Assembly (NCBI GenBank): GCA_964016885.1
Contig: OZ024740.1
Location: forward strand, 145,700,001 to 145,764,000
From: Eledone cirrhosa
Lineage: Eukaryota
Direction: 5' to 3'
Length of the DNA stretch: 64,000 nt
The position numbers and the translations under genes were made by a program. The notes below the pieces were generated by a model. That model had not been told where the DNA came from, made no database searches, and worked only from the letters and a program-made list of their open reading frames with translations. Shown one piece after another: positions 1 to 11,299 of the stretch. Within the stretch, counting starts at the first letter, position 1. Every line of letters begins with the position of its first letter.

Positions 1-2958
1 TCACGTTGGACAACATAGTGATGGCTATGATATAATCCATGGAGGCTATGGGGTTGGAAATAGAAATGAGGAGGGCTTCAGAATCCTGGAATTCTGTGAC
101 GCAAATAGCCTAACTATCTGTAACACAAACTTCAAAAAACGTGAAAACCACTTGATCACCTATAGATCAGGGGAACACGCCAGCCAGATAGATTATATCC
201 TTACTAGAAGACGGGACAAATGTCTGTTGTAAACACTAAATCCCTCCCCCGTGAAGAATGCACCTCCCAACATAGCCTAGTAGTTAGTGACCTCAGTCAG
301 GAATAGACGTACTCGATGACAGAGGAGGCCTAGCTTGAGGAAAAGAATATGGAAGTTAAAGGACCCCATAGCCAGTGACAAATTTAAAAGCTTATTACTT
401 GATGCCTTTGACAATAAGGAAGAGCAATTAGAGACGTGCAATATAGAGGAACAGTGGCAATTCTTGAAAGTGAACCTGCTGAAAGCAACGGATGAAATCT
501 GTGGCTGGAGCAGACCTATTGGCAGGAGGAGAGTAACTTGGTGGTGGAACAGTAAGGTGGAAGAGACAATCAAAGCCAAAAAGCAGGCTTGGAAAGTATG
601 GCAGGATGGGGGAAGTAGAGAGCACTATCAAGTGGCCAGGAAAAAAGCTAGGAGACAAGTGTACCTTGCAAAAAGGGTAGCAGAGGATAGAAAGTTCAAA
701 CATGTTCAAACATGTTCTACAACGTGAGGACCAAAAACGTGAGGTGTTCAGGATTGCTAGACAATGTGTCAAGGAAAACCGTGATATTGTCGGGGAGAAG
801 TGTGTCCATAATGATAACGGTGTACTTGCCCTCACTGATACTGATAAGAAGATAGCTTGGAAGTGTCACTACAAGAGACTACTAAATGAGGAGAATAAAT
901 GGGAAAAAGATAGTCTGCCCCAAATCGATCCAATAGAAGGACCAGCAGTGCAAGTTAAAGGTAGTATAATAAGTAAGGCAATCAAACATATGAAGACAGG
1001 CAAGGCAGCTGGGCCTTCAGAGATAGTTGCTGAGATGTTGAAGGCATCTGGTATGGTGGGACACACTACGGTCACCTGTATAGTTAACCAAGTAATACAG
1101 AATGGGGTCATACCAAATGACTGGCGTAGCAGCATCATCATTAACTGCTACAAGGGTAAAGGGGATGCTCTACATAGGGGAAACTATAGAGGCATTAAGT
1201 TAGTTGACCAGGTCATGAAGGTCACAGAAAGAGTTATAGCGTAACTAATCAGAGAGCGAATTGATCTAGATGAAATGCAGTGTGGGTTTGTGTCAGGTAA
1301 AAGTACCACAGACACTCTTTTCCTTGTACGACAACTACAAGAGAAGTACCTAGCTAAAAGTAAACCTCTCTACTTAGCTTTTGTAGACCTGGAGAAAGCT
1401 TTTGACAGAGTCCCCTGCTCCATTATCTGGTAGGCTCTTAGAAAACTAGGTGTAGATGAATGGCTTGTGAGAGCTATACAAGCTATGTATAATGAAACAG
1501 TCAGTAAAGTTAGAATTAACAATGAATATTGTGAAGAATTTAGTGTAAAAAAGTTGGTGTTCACCAAGGCTCTGTCCTTAGCCCCCTCCTATTTATTATT
1601 GCCCTTCAGGCTATAACAGAGGAGTTCAAGACCGGCTGCCCATCGGAACTCCTATATGCAGATGATCTAACGCTCATAGCTGAATCAATGGCTGAATTAA
1701 AGAAGAAATTCCAAACATGGAAGCATGGCCTAGAATCAAAAGGCCTTAAAGTTAACTTGTCTAAGATTAAAGTTCTAGTTTGTAGAAAGGAAAATAGGGC
1801 ACAGGTGCCATCAGGGAAATGGCCATGCTCAGAGTGTAGGAAAGGAGTAGGCAAAAATTCCATTTTATGTCCCAAATGCAAACTATGGGTACATAAAAGA
1901 TGTGGGATCACAGGTAAACTATCTAAGAACGTTGACTTTATATGTGGCCAATGTTCAAGTGCAATAAGTAGCAAATGTCCACAGGATACTAGCTCCTCCT
2001 ATTGCCCAGATGGTTCTATAGAAATAGTAGACACTTTTGGTTACCTGGGTGTCGAAATCAGCAGTGATGGAGGGTGTTTTGAAAGTACAGTAGCCAGAAT
2101 CAGAACGGGATGGAAAAAGTTCAAAGAGCTTATACCGCTGTTGGCCACAAAAGGTTTCTCTCTAAAAATGAAAGGCAGATTGTATGATGCCTGTATATGA
2201 ACAGCAATGCTACATGGCAATGAGACATGGGCATTACGTGCAGAGGACCTGCACAGACTGGAAAGGAACGAAGCATGCATGCTCCGTTGGATGTGTAATA
2301 GCATTATACGTGAACGGCAAAGCATAAATGAACTAAGTGAGAAATTAGGAATAAGATGGATCAGATGCTGTTTACTTGAGAGAAGACTACGTTGGTAAGG
2401 TCACCTGATGCGCATGAAAGATGACAGCTGCATAAAAAAGTGCAGGGCGATCAAAACTGATGTTAGATACGGAGTAGGTAGAACCAGAAAAACCTGGGAC
2501 GATCTGATAAATTCTGACCTTACACACTTACACCTCTCTAAGACAATGTCTTTGGCGCTATGCAGTAATACAGAAGACCCGCCTTGCCTATGTACAAAGC
2601 GAAACCTACAGTCAGTAGGCACCTCTTAACCAAATATACACCCCAATCCACTACCCCTATCCTATCCTCCCACTCCCACCAACACCACGAGATAATGAGA
2701 TCGAGATCGTGTAGGTGTCATGACAAAAAAACGCACAGTCCACGCTGTAATGTGGCCGTGTAGGTAACACGGTAAAAAGTTCCCAGTTCCACACTGTAAA
2801 TGTGGTTGGTATTAGGAAGGGCATCCAGCCGTAGAAAACCTGCCAGATAGTCCTATATGAGCGAGACACGGTCACCCGACCAGCCTTGCCTCAAGTGGGA
2901 CAACTCCCGTCTAACCCATGCTAGCGTGGAAGATGGACGTTAAACGATGATGATGATG
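1..2958 (+). mobile_element. RTE-clade LINE, subfamily A, disrupted (EN C-terminus, RT with PHD-like insert, 3' UTR, (GAT)n tail); runs off the window start
   Basis: Translates to EN motifs (LEFCDAN..NTNF..HLITY..SQIDY) and RT motifs (YRGIKL, DLEKAFD, HQGSVLSP, LLYADD, YLG). Stops and frameshifts are present, including a 10-bp duplication near 700. Ends ggacgttaaac(gat)n. Confidence 0.95.
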
Positions 2959-3048
2959 TATATATATATATGTATATATAAGTATGTATACGTACATACA
3001 TATATGTATACAGACGTACAGTAGTATGTATATATATATATACATACC

Positions 3049-3698
3049 TGCACACATATATATATGTACGTATGGATTCACCAAACATTTATTATAATGC
3101 TCGGTGTGTTTGTAAACAAACATCCCGAATTAAGCCGTACAGTGTCTAGCAACCATCGTTGCTCATTTGTTCAACACTGACAAAGGAACGCTGTACTAGT
3201 TTCAAGCTTATTAGCTATAGTCAGCAACGTATACCTTCCTGCCAGATGGTGGAACGTCTTAGTACGGCTGTTACTTAAATATAAGTATGTATACGTACAT
3301 ACATATATGTATACAGACGTCCAGTAATATATATATATACATACATACACACATATATAAGAGTGAGAAATGAAATTTCGTTTCATTTTTTCCGTTTATC
3401 GTTTTCGGTACCCCGGCCGATTAACTCACTCAATATGCAAATTAGGCTGCTCAGCCGTTAATATGCATAAGGAAAGTATATACTTTCAGACGTTCAACCA
3501 TCTGGCAGGAAGGTATACGTTGCTGACGATAGCTAATAAGCTTGAAACTAGTATAGCGTTCCTTTGTCAGTGTTGAACAAATGAGCAACGATGGTTGCTA
3601 GACACTGTACGGCTTAATTCGGGATGTTTGTTTACAAACACACCGAACATTATAATAAATGTTCGGTGAATCCATACGTACATATATATATGTGTGCA
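3049..3698. repeat. Inverted repeat with ~210-bp arms (3049-3259 / 3488-3698), part of a rearranged unit spanning ~2975-4190
   Basis: The arms are near-perfect reverse complements. The ORFs 3171..3386(-) and 3370..3576(+) share the peptide HLAGRYTLLTIANKLETS. Confidence 0.9.
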
Positions 3699-4035
3699 TC
3701 ATCATCATCAATTCATTTTACGTCCGCTTTTTCCCTGCTTGCAAGGGTGAGACGGTAACTGATTTTGGCTTGATTTCTACAGCTGGATGCCCTTCCTAAC
3801 ACCAACCTCATTTACAGTGAGTGCTGGGTGCTTTTTTGCCGTGGCACCTACACGACCACTTTGCAGTGGAATGATATGGACCCCAGTCCCTATCATCTCA
3901 TTTCTACAGCTGAGTAAACTGGAGCAATGTGAAATAAAGTGTCTTGCTCAAGGAAACAACACATCACCCGGTCTGAGAATTGAACTCACAACCTTTCGAT
4001 TGCAAGGCCAATGTTCTAACCACTAAGCCATGTGC
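3699..4035 (-). mobile_element. tRNA-derived SINE (CORE-like middle, RTE-type tail), copy 1
   Basis: On the minus strand: A box TGGCTTAGTGG, B box GAGTTCAATTC, CCTTGAGCAAGACACTT core, and 3' end cccttgcaagcagggaaaaagcggacgtaaaatga. Closely similar to 25755-26089. Confidence 0.88.
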
Positions 4036-4038
4036 ATG

Positions 4039-4082
<44 letters not shown>

Positions 4083-4256
4083 CTACTGTACGTCTGTATA
4101 TATATATATGTATGTACGTATACATACTTATATTTAAGTAACAGCCGTACTAAGAGTGAGAAATGAAATTTTGTTTCATTTTTTCCGTTTATATATGTAT
4201 ATATATATGTGTGGAAAAGGCAAACAGAAATGACAAAGCAAACGACTATATATATA

Positions 4257-4405
4257 TCATCATCGTTTAACGTCCATCTTCCACGGGTTTGGACGGGAAT
4301 TTTCCCACTTGAGGCAAGATTGGTTGTCTTGCTCGTATAGGACTGTCTGGTGGGTTTTTATACGGCTGGATTCCCTTCCTAACACCAACCACGTTTACAG
4401 TGTGG
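4257..4405 (-). mobile_element. RTE-A 3' terminal fragment
   Basis: Matches the last ~150 bp of RTE-A plus a (CAT)n tail, with (TA)n on both sides. Confidence 0.85.
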
Positions 4406-4449
4406 ATATATATATATATATATACACATACATACATTTTACATCCTAT

Positions 4450-6790
4450 CTCCTACCTCTCTGCTGTCCTCGCACTATCTGTAACCCATTTTTGTTATCT
4501 TCACTATATCTAATCCATCTGTTGTCCCAACTACACCATATATATATTCAAATTTCTTTCTGAAGCATGTACTCTCCTTGCCATTCACTTCTCTCACTTG
4601 GACATGAATAATAAAGAAATTCATTTACTCCGGATCCAAGATTCTCTGCTGCCTCTACCACTCTTTAAATTCCTCCAACCACCCGCAATCATCTCTCTCT
4701 CTCATGGTGTGGATATCTATTTCATTTCACCATTCTCTGAAGTAATTATCTTCAGTGACTTCAATAAACAACTCCTTTTGACTCTCATATACCTCCCTTA
4801 CCACACAGAATCTGAATCATTTGCTAATCTGATATGCTGCATGCACCATTATCTACCTGCACATCTGATCAATACACCAAATCTCCAAATACCCATGACC
4901 AATTTCTCACCTCTAAACCCAATCTTTACTTAGTTATCACTACTACTGTTCCCATCAGATATGTAGGTTGCTTTGTTTTAGCTAAGGTCAGGCTAACATC
5001 TTTCTACTAACAACCATCCTTCTTCTGCCAAACCATCAGGTAAATCAAATTAGCTAATTGGTTGGAGCTCAACCAACTCTATGATAATTACTCTTGGCAA
5101 CAAATGTGCTTTGCCTATGATACATCCAAGGTAACTAAACAGCTGATCAACTCTTTCCTCTAGATATGTCCCTCCACATCCCTCATACAACTGAAGCTCC
5201 ACCAAACCCCCAATCTCCCATAATGTAGTTAACTCTCGGATCCATTGCAACAGTGTAGATGAACACTATTTCAATAGAAAATATTGCCAACAGAGGTGTT
5301 TATTTACCATTGTAATGTCTGTAATCTGACTATATAGAAGGAAAAGGATGTCCCTATATATTGCACAAGCTGCAAGATCTCTCAAATTATGGCCAAGCCT
5401 TATCACTTATCAAAAGGGTCAACTAACTTGATCAAGGTGGCTCTGTAATGATTTGTTCCCTGGTTTGCTTCCAACCCCCCACTGCACATACAAAAAACTT
5501 CTCCCAAATTTTCCTTCATAACTGACAATTTCACAATCACATAATATTCAAGTGTAAAGCTTCTCTGATCACTCCAACTCAACAAGACAACTAATCACAG
5601 TGATTCTATTACCTTCAAACCGCAGAGCTAACTTCTATCATCTACAAATTCGTCAGTGGTGCTCGCTTTTTAAGAATCTGTCATTATCTATGGAAACATA
5701 TGTTCCCTTCAAGAAGGGCAACCACTCTAACCTATTGCCCTAAAAAATGAAGGAAATCTCAAACCTTCATCGCCATCACTCTCTTTCTCTTCTAAATAAC
5801 AGTTTCTGTAAAGCCAAATCTACCATAGAATTGCTCCCTCTATGTGATACATGAAAGTATCTTGCTCTTGAGATCTTCAGCAATAGCAGTTCTGCTGTTT
5901 GACATCAGCAAAATCTTTGGCTGAGAGTTACCTGTCACTTAAATTTTGGCCCAAAATGTTCCTGTCAAACTGTACGTTTGCACCTACATTAATAGGAATG
6001 ATTCACATTCCATGAACTCTGATATAACCAAAGATTCAAGTTGGTGTATAAACACTATGCCCAGCTCATCCTCCCTAGAATGTCAATCTTCTGAAATTCC
6101 TTCACTGTCCATGTTTTTTTTTTTCCTGCAGCAATTGACTTGCAACTGTTCAATAGGAACATTAACTGTGTCAACCTCATTTGTCTAAGAGAGACCGTGA
6201 TGGCCAGAGCACAACCCTTAACACTGAGTCAAACTAATAAAAAAAGACAACATCACTTCTTCTGTACATTAATGATGCCATTACTGTTACTTTTAATGGC
6301 ACACTCCAACATAGTTCTATCACCTTTCAAGCCTTCATACTTGAGTATGAACTTCATTCATCAATGACATATTACATATGCACAGCTTCTGAAAAAAGGC
6401 CTCAAAAACATTTTCCAATAGGGCCATGACAGCAGTCTTCTTCAACAATACCAAGACAACTGCTAAACAAAAGTGAAGCAGGCAGTATTGCACTACACAC
6501 CCACAAATTTTTTAAAGCCCTCAAAAATCACAATCTCTGACAATCTCACACAATGACTGCACATCTATAACATCAAAACTGCATCGTAAAGAGTATGTTT
6601 CCTCTTTTGGAAGGGCCATAACCTTCAGCCTTGATCAGGCACTGATCTACAAAGTCCAAATGTAATCGCCACTGAAGTATTGTCTACATATCTGGGAACA
6701 GAGTCTGCCACATACATACACACATTCTAGACCACAATTAAAAGAAGACCAAAAACTCGCCAAGACACAATTACAGGCTTACGTTGGTCA
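4450..6790 (+). mobile_element. Highly decayed LINE (CR1/Jockey-like) relic
   Basis: EN-like PFSEVIIFSDFN (GDFN motif) near 4740. A C-terminal LIYK..(LE)YC..IW-like remnant lies at 6643-6700. The strand is A/C-rich and boundaries are approximate. Confidence 0.45.
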
Positions 6791-7211
6791 GTGCTTTACT
6801 TAACTAATGGGAGAAATTAATTTTTTAAGAAACTATATAAGCTGAGAAAAAGACTCTAGTTTTATAGAATAGTACCTAGCACGATTCAAAAAGCTTTCAA
6901 GTGATAATTGGACTTTCATTCGAAGAGGAAATTTCAGAACAAGTTATTTAGTTCCAAATCATCCTTAACTGAGCAGATGTATGGTTGAAAGTATTTCAGC
7001 CAAGGCCATCTGGACCTTTTGCTCATTATCTATCTTGAACTTTATCCAATGTGTCACTCATTTTTTAAGATGCTAGGGTGTCATTTGAGGAATATTTTTA
7101 GGAGATCAAGCAATTAGTTCATCCAGAATGATTTAATACGAGAGTAGGTATCAAACAACAAAAGACAAAATAAATGTTGAACATTACAAACATTTATATA
7201 CTAATGTTTAA

Positions 7212-7448
7212 CCCTCTTGATACAGAACCGCCTAAAACTGCCCCTTGTTCTATGTAACAAACTTATCTATTTTTAAAAGTTTATATTTGCCAAAAAACCT
7301 ACCCATCATAATTATATATAAAAACTGCCAAGTTATGTCCCAAACACCAGCTCAATAACCAGAAAGTTATTTTACTAAATCTTTCAAAATTTTTCATTAT
7401 TTTCAAAGTGATTTGAAAATTATAGGCAATGAAAGAGTAATGAAAGAG
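7212..7448 (+). mobile_element. piggyBac-type MITE family 2
   Basis: TTAA flanks at 7208 and 7449. Termini are CCCTCTTGATAC ... TAATGAAAGAG. Homologous to the copies at 7845, 8386, 10390 and 20881. Confidence 0.7.
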
Positions 7449-7844
7449 TTAAGTACTGTAATAATTGGTACTGGGAGATTGCTCCCTTGGTTCTAAACAT
7501 TTTGTTTGTCCATTTAACTCAGATACCATCTTTAAACAAAATTATATCTCTCCAAAATAATAATTGTTGATAGAAAATAAAATATTAAAGTATGCCTTTT
7601 CTTTTCTCTTACTGAATTGTAAGTAAGACTATGCTAAAGAACCATCTGATAAGGTAAATGGAAAACAAATTACCTAGACTCATCTTTTGTATATAAGATG
7701 AGATCAATTGATAGCCTGAAATAATTACACAGAAGACAATATCTTTCAACAAGAAAAAAAAATAAGAAAAAAAAATCATAATTACCACATAGCCCTCCTA
7801 TTTGCTTCATTCTTCCCTAAGCTCATTTATATCAATGTTTTTAA

Positions 7845-8090
7845 CCCTTTCGATACCAAATCGTCAAAAATTACCCTTACTTCTATGATATGAAACTGTT
7901 TATTTTAAAGCAAATATATCTATCTAAAAAACCTTCCGTCATAATTTTATGAAAGAAACTTCATTAACTTATGTTCCAAACACCATATAAATAAGAAAGT
8001 TATATTACTAAATTTCTCAAAATCTTTTATGATTTTCAAAATGATCTTAAAATCGTAGGTAGTGTCATTCATTAGACATATGGTAATGAA
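7845..8090 (+). mobile_element. piggyBac-type MITE family 2 (right end eroded)
   Basis: Starts TTAA-CCCTTTCGATACC. Internal homology to other copies continues to atatggtaatgaa. Confidence 0.65.
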
Positions 8091-8385
8091 CATATCCCTA
8101 TTTCCTTCCTCTACATTAAGCCTATTAGATAATTGTCAAGATTTTTTAATTTACAGTGTACAATGTAAAATATGTAAATTCAAACATAGATAAATATTAA
8201 AATTAGGTTATTTTTCTTTTTAAAGAACTTAAAGTAATCTAATAAAAGTTTTTTCATTAAAGGTAGTCTACCCAATCCAATGTTATCTCAGTTTTCAATA
8301 AGATGAGTGAGCTAGCTTGTGACAATATTAGCTTCTCAACAGCAATCACTCAGGGGTCTCAGATCTCAACATTCAATAAGTTGAA

Positions 8386-8866
8386 CCTTTTGATACCAAA
8401 CCACCTGCAACCACCCCTGGTTTTATAAACAGAGCTGTTTATTTTAAAGTGTGTATATTTATCAAGAAAACTTTCATCTTAACTTTATGTAAGAACCTTT
8501 GTTAAGTTATACTCCAAACAACAACTTAATAATAGTTTCTAATTTAGGCACAAGGACAGCAGTCTAAGGGTAAAGGAAAGTCGATTAAATCAACTCCAGT
8601 ATATAACTGGTACTTTATTTTATTGATGCCAGAAGAATGAAAGATGTAAACCTAGGTGGGATTTGAACCCTAAACGTAAAGGGGTGTAAATAAATGCTGC
8701 AAAGTATTTTGTCCAATGCTCTAATGAATTCTGCCAATCCACCACCCTACACCAGCTTAAGAATGAGAAAGTTATTTTACTAAGTCCCTCTAAATTCTTG
8801 TTTATTTTCAAAATGATTTGAAAATCACAGTCAATGCTTTTCATTAGAAATATGGTAACAAAAGGG
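8386..8866 (+). mobile_element. piggyBac-type MITE family 2, interrupted by a SINE
   Basis: Termini are CCTTTTGATACC ... GGTAACAAAAGGG-TTAA. A SINE is inserted at ~8533-8750. Confidence 0.72.
8533..8750 (-). mobile_element. (ATT)n-tailed tRNA SINE, decayed
   Basis: The reverse complement has the ggttcaaatcc B box, the ctttcattc...aataaaataaagtaccag core and the ccttgtgcctaaattagaaac tail. An imperfect ~16-bp TSD flanks it (acaacaacttaataat / acaccagcttaagaat). Confidence 0.7.
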
Positions 8867-8879
8867 TTAAATTCTACTT

Positions 8880-9800
8880 CATTGTTTAGAAAGGAGTTCA
8901 ATAATGGAACTGTGCTCTATTCAATACAATGTCTGAAAAGTTCTGAAGAACATGCTATAGATTTCTTTCTACAACCAAAAGTTTTCACATAATTTGTTTG
9001 TTTGTTTTTTTAACTTTGATTTTAGCTCAATAATATTTTGCAGCATGACCGATTATTCCTTTATTTCTTCCACTTTCCACAATAGAATGGATTTATTACC
9101 CAATTTGAGGTTGATATCAAATGAAGGCTCTAGCAACCTAGACTTTATGAAATTCATCTATGAGTGCACAATACATTCGGAGATCATCCTCTGGGTTTGC
9201 TTTACTCCTCCAACTCAAAGAGGTTCAAGAACTAGAAGTATTATACATGTTTTATTTTATATTATACATGTATTATACATGTTTTATTATAATACATGTT
9301 TTATTTATTATACATGTTTTATACATGTATAACTTCAACAGAAATGGGACAGGCAACTGATCTGACTGATGAGGTTCTTACTTTTTCCTTGCAATTATAA
9401 AATTACATTACATTGAATTTTCTTAATAATTCAGACAAGTAAGCAATATTATACTGGATATTTTTAGCTCACCACTGAGCAAAGTATTCATATCTACTAC
9501 TGTTTGAAAAAGTAAATAAAAGTGTCTCAGGCAGTTTCCTTTTGACATCCATCTGACTTCAGCATGCAACATAGGGCAGTCAAAATGTTCTTTCTCAATG
9601 TAAAGCTGTCTAAATAGCTGAGAAGTAAAGGCATGTAATTTGAATTTATTCAAGGCTAAAATATGTACTATATGATTTGTGAAGCAAAGAATTTAGGATT
9701 TGTTGTAATAAGCTGTTGCTCTGTGAATTACATAGTGCACTATTATGACCAGTCATTGAGAGTGCCCCATCTGCCACATGAACAATGAAATTTCCTTTCT
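8880..9800 (-). pseudogene. Decayed hAT (Buster/ZBED8/SCAND3-like) transposase
   Basis: Minus-strand peptides are ADGALSMTG (cf. TDGAPAM.G), LHAEVRWMSKGNCLRHFY (cf. LHTEVRWLS.G) and EDDLRMYCA..NWVINPF..IELK..ENFW. Many stops and frameshifts. Confidence 0.75.
9240..9330. repeat. Minisatellite with core TTATACATGTTTT, about 6 degenerate units
   Basis: Repeated atacatgt core, lying inside the hAT relic. Confidence 0.8.
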
Positions 9801-10389
9801 TTTGAAAATTTCTTCCAGCAAAACTGGTTTGAACAACCCACAATCAAAGAGAAGGAGCAAGTTTCCATAAAATGTTCTTAATGTCCTTTATAAATTTGGA
9901 AGATTATTTTAAAAATTGAAAAGTCACATTTTTATTCAACTGAAAATATAACTGCACATATAATATATATAGACATATTAAAATAACATCCACAAATAAT
10001 TTCATAGGAATATCTGTTTGATACTTTTTCATCTGTGAATCACTGTTTTCATTACTAGCATGAGCCACTGTCAATTCCTCTCAGTTTTCCACATCTGTTC
10101 TTATTGCTTTTCCAGCAGGAAGAAACAATGTCAAGGTCAATTTTGAATCCATTAGCAAGAAATATGTTGATATGTATTAGCATTTCTCGGTGAAAAATGA
10201 AAAACTTCTGGTTTGTTAATTAAACTGAAATCCATTGCTGGAGAATGAGTTTTCCAGTACAACACACTTCTACTTTTTCAGTCATTAATTTTTTATATTT
10301 ACTTCCATAACTGATAATTTTATAGTCAGTAGAAATTTAATTAGAAGTCTGATGCTGAGATAACATTTTCAAGGTATTTGAATACTTAA

Positions 10390-10611
10390 CCCTTTTGATA
10401 TCAAACCACCAGAAACCGCTCCTGGTTCTGTTTGTTTTGAAGTGTTTGTCATTATCTAAAAACCTTCCATTCTAATTTTATGTAAGAACCTTTAGTAAGT
10501 TATGTTCCAAAGTTAGTTATATTACTAAATCCCTCCATATTCTTGATCATTTTCAAAATTATTAGAAAAGGAGAGGCAGAGTCTTTTATTAGAAATATGG
10601 TAATGAAATGG
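10390..10611 (+). mobile_element. piggyBac-type MITE family 2
   Basis: TTAA at 10386 and 10612. Termini are CCCTTTTGATATC ... GGTAATGAAATGG. Confidence 0.72.
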
Positions 10612-11299
10612 TTAAATATCAGATTCTGAATTCCTCCATTAACTAAAATATAATCTTATTGTAATATTTTCTTTACTTATGTTATATTGAAATTTGTTAA
10701 CAACAGTGTCATTGGTTGGAGGTTTTCTATGGATTAATTATCGGTTCACTGCATTTTTGATAATGAAAGTGGCAAGGGAGCCTCTTTTAATGATATTTTT
10801 AGTGCAATTCACTATTTCTGTTCACCATCTATCTTCCAAATGTACTTAATTTACTAGACAAACTGTGTAGTCTTCATTGCAATACTAAAATGAACATTGT
10901 CCTCCAATTACTGTGATCTCAGTTTCACTCTTTGACAGCTGCAAACTCTAAAGCTTCAAATAATACAAACAGCACAACAAATTCAGCTAAAACATTTTCA
11001 ATTACAATGATTTGATATTTTTAATATTTTCAAGTAGTATCATTGTCATTCTCAACCTCTTTGGAGAAATATGTCACAGGTGCTTCATACTTTTTAACTA
11101 ACCCTTTTGTTGCAAAAAAAAACTTGCTATCCACTAAATCTTTTGTAATAGTTCATTTCAAACTATATTTTTTCCTGCAGTCCAAGTAATTTCCTTAAAT
11201 TAGGGTTTCTTTACTGATAACCTGCTCAACCTATTTCATCTTAAGATCTTTTTTCCAAGCTTAGATTGTTCATCAGTGCTTAAATATTTCCAGTGAGTA

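Noticed and set aside
7674-7715. 42-nt minus-strand exon candidate (LSIDLILYTKDES)
   Set aside because: Splice-like borders are common by chance in AT-rich DNA, and there is no homology or partner exon.
10020-10960. Possible DNA-transposase relic
   Set aside because: Only vague motif resemblance, and no family could be supported.
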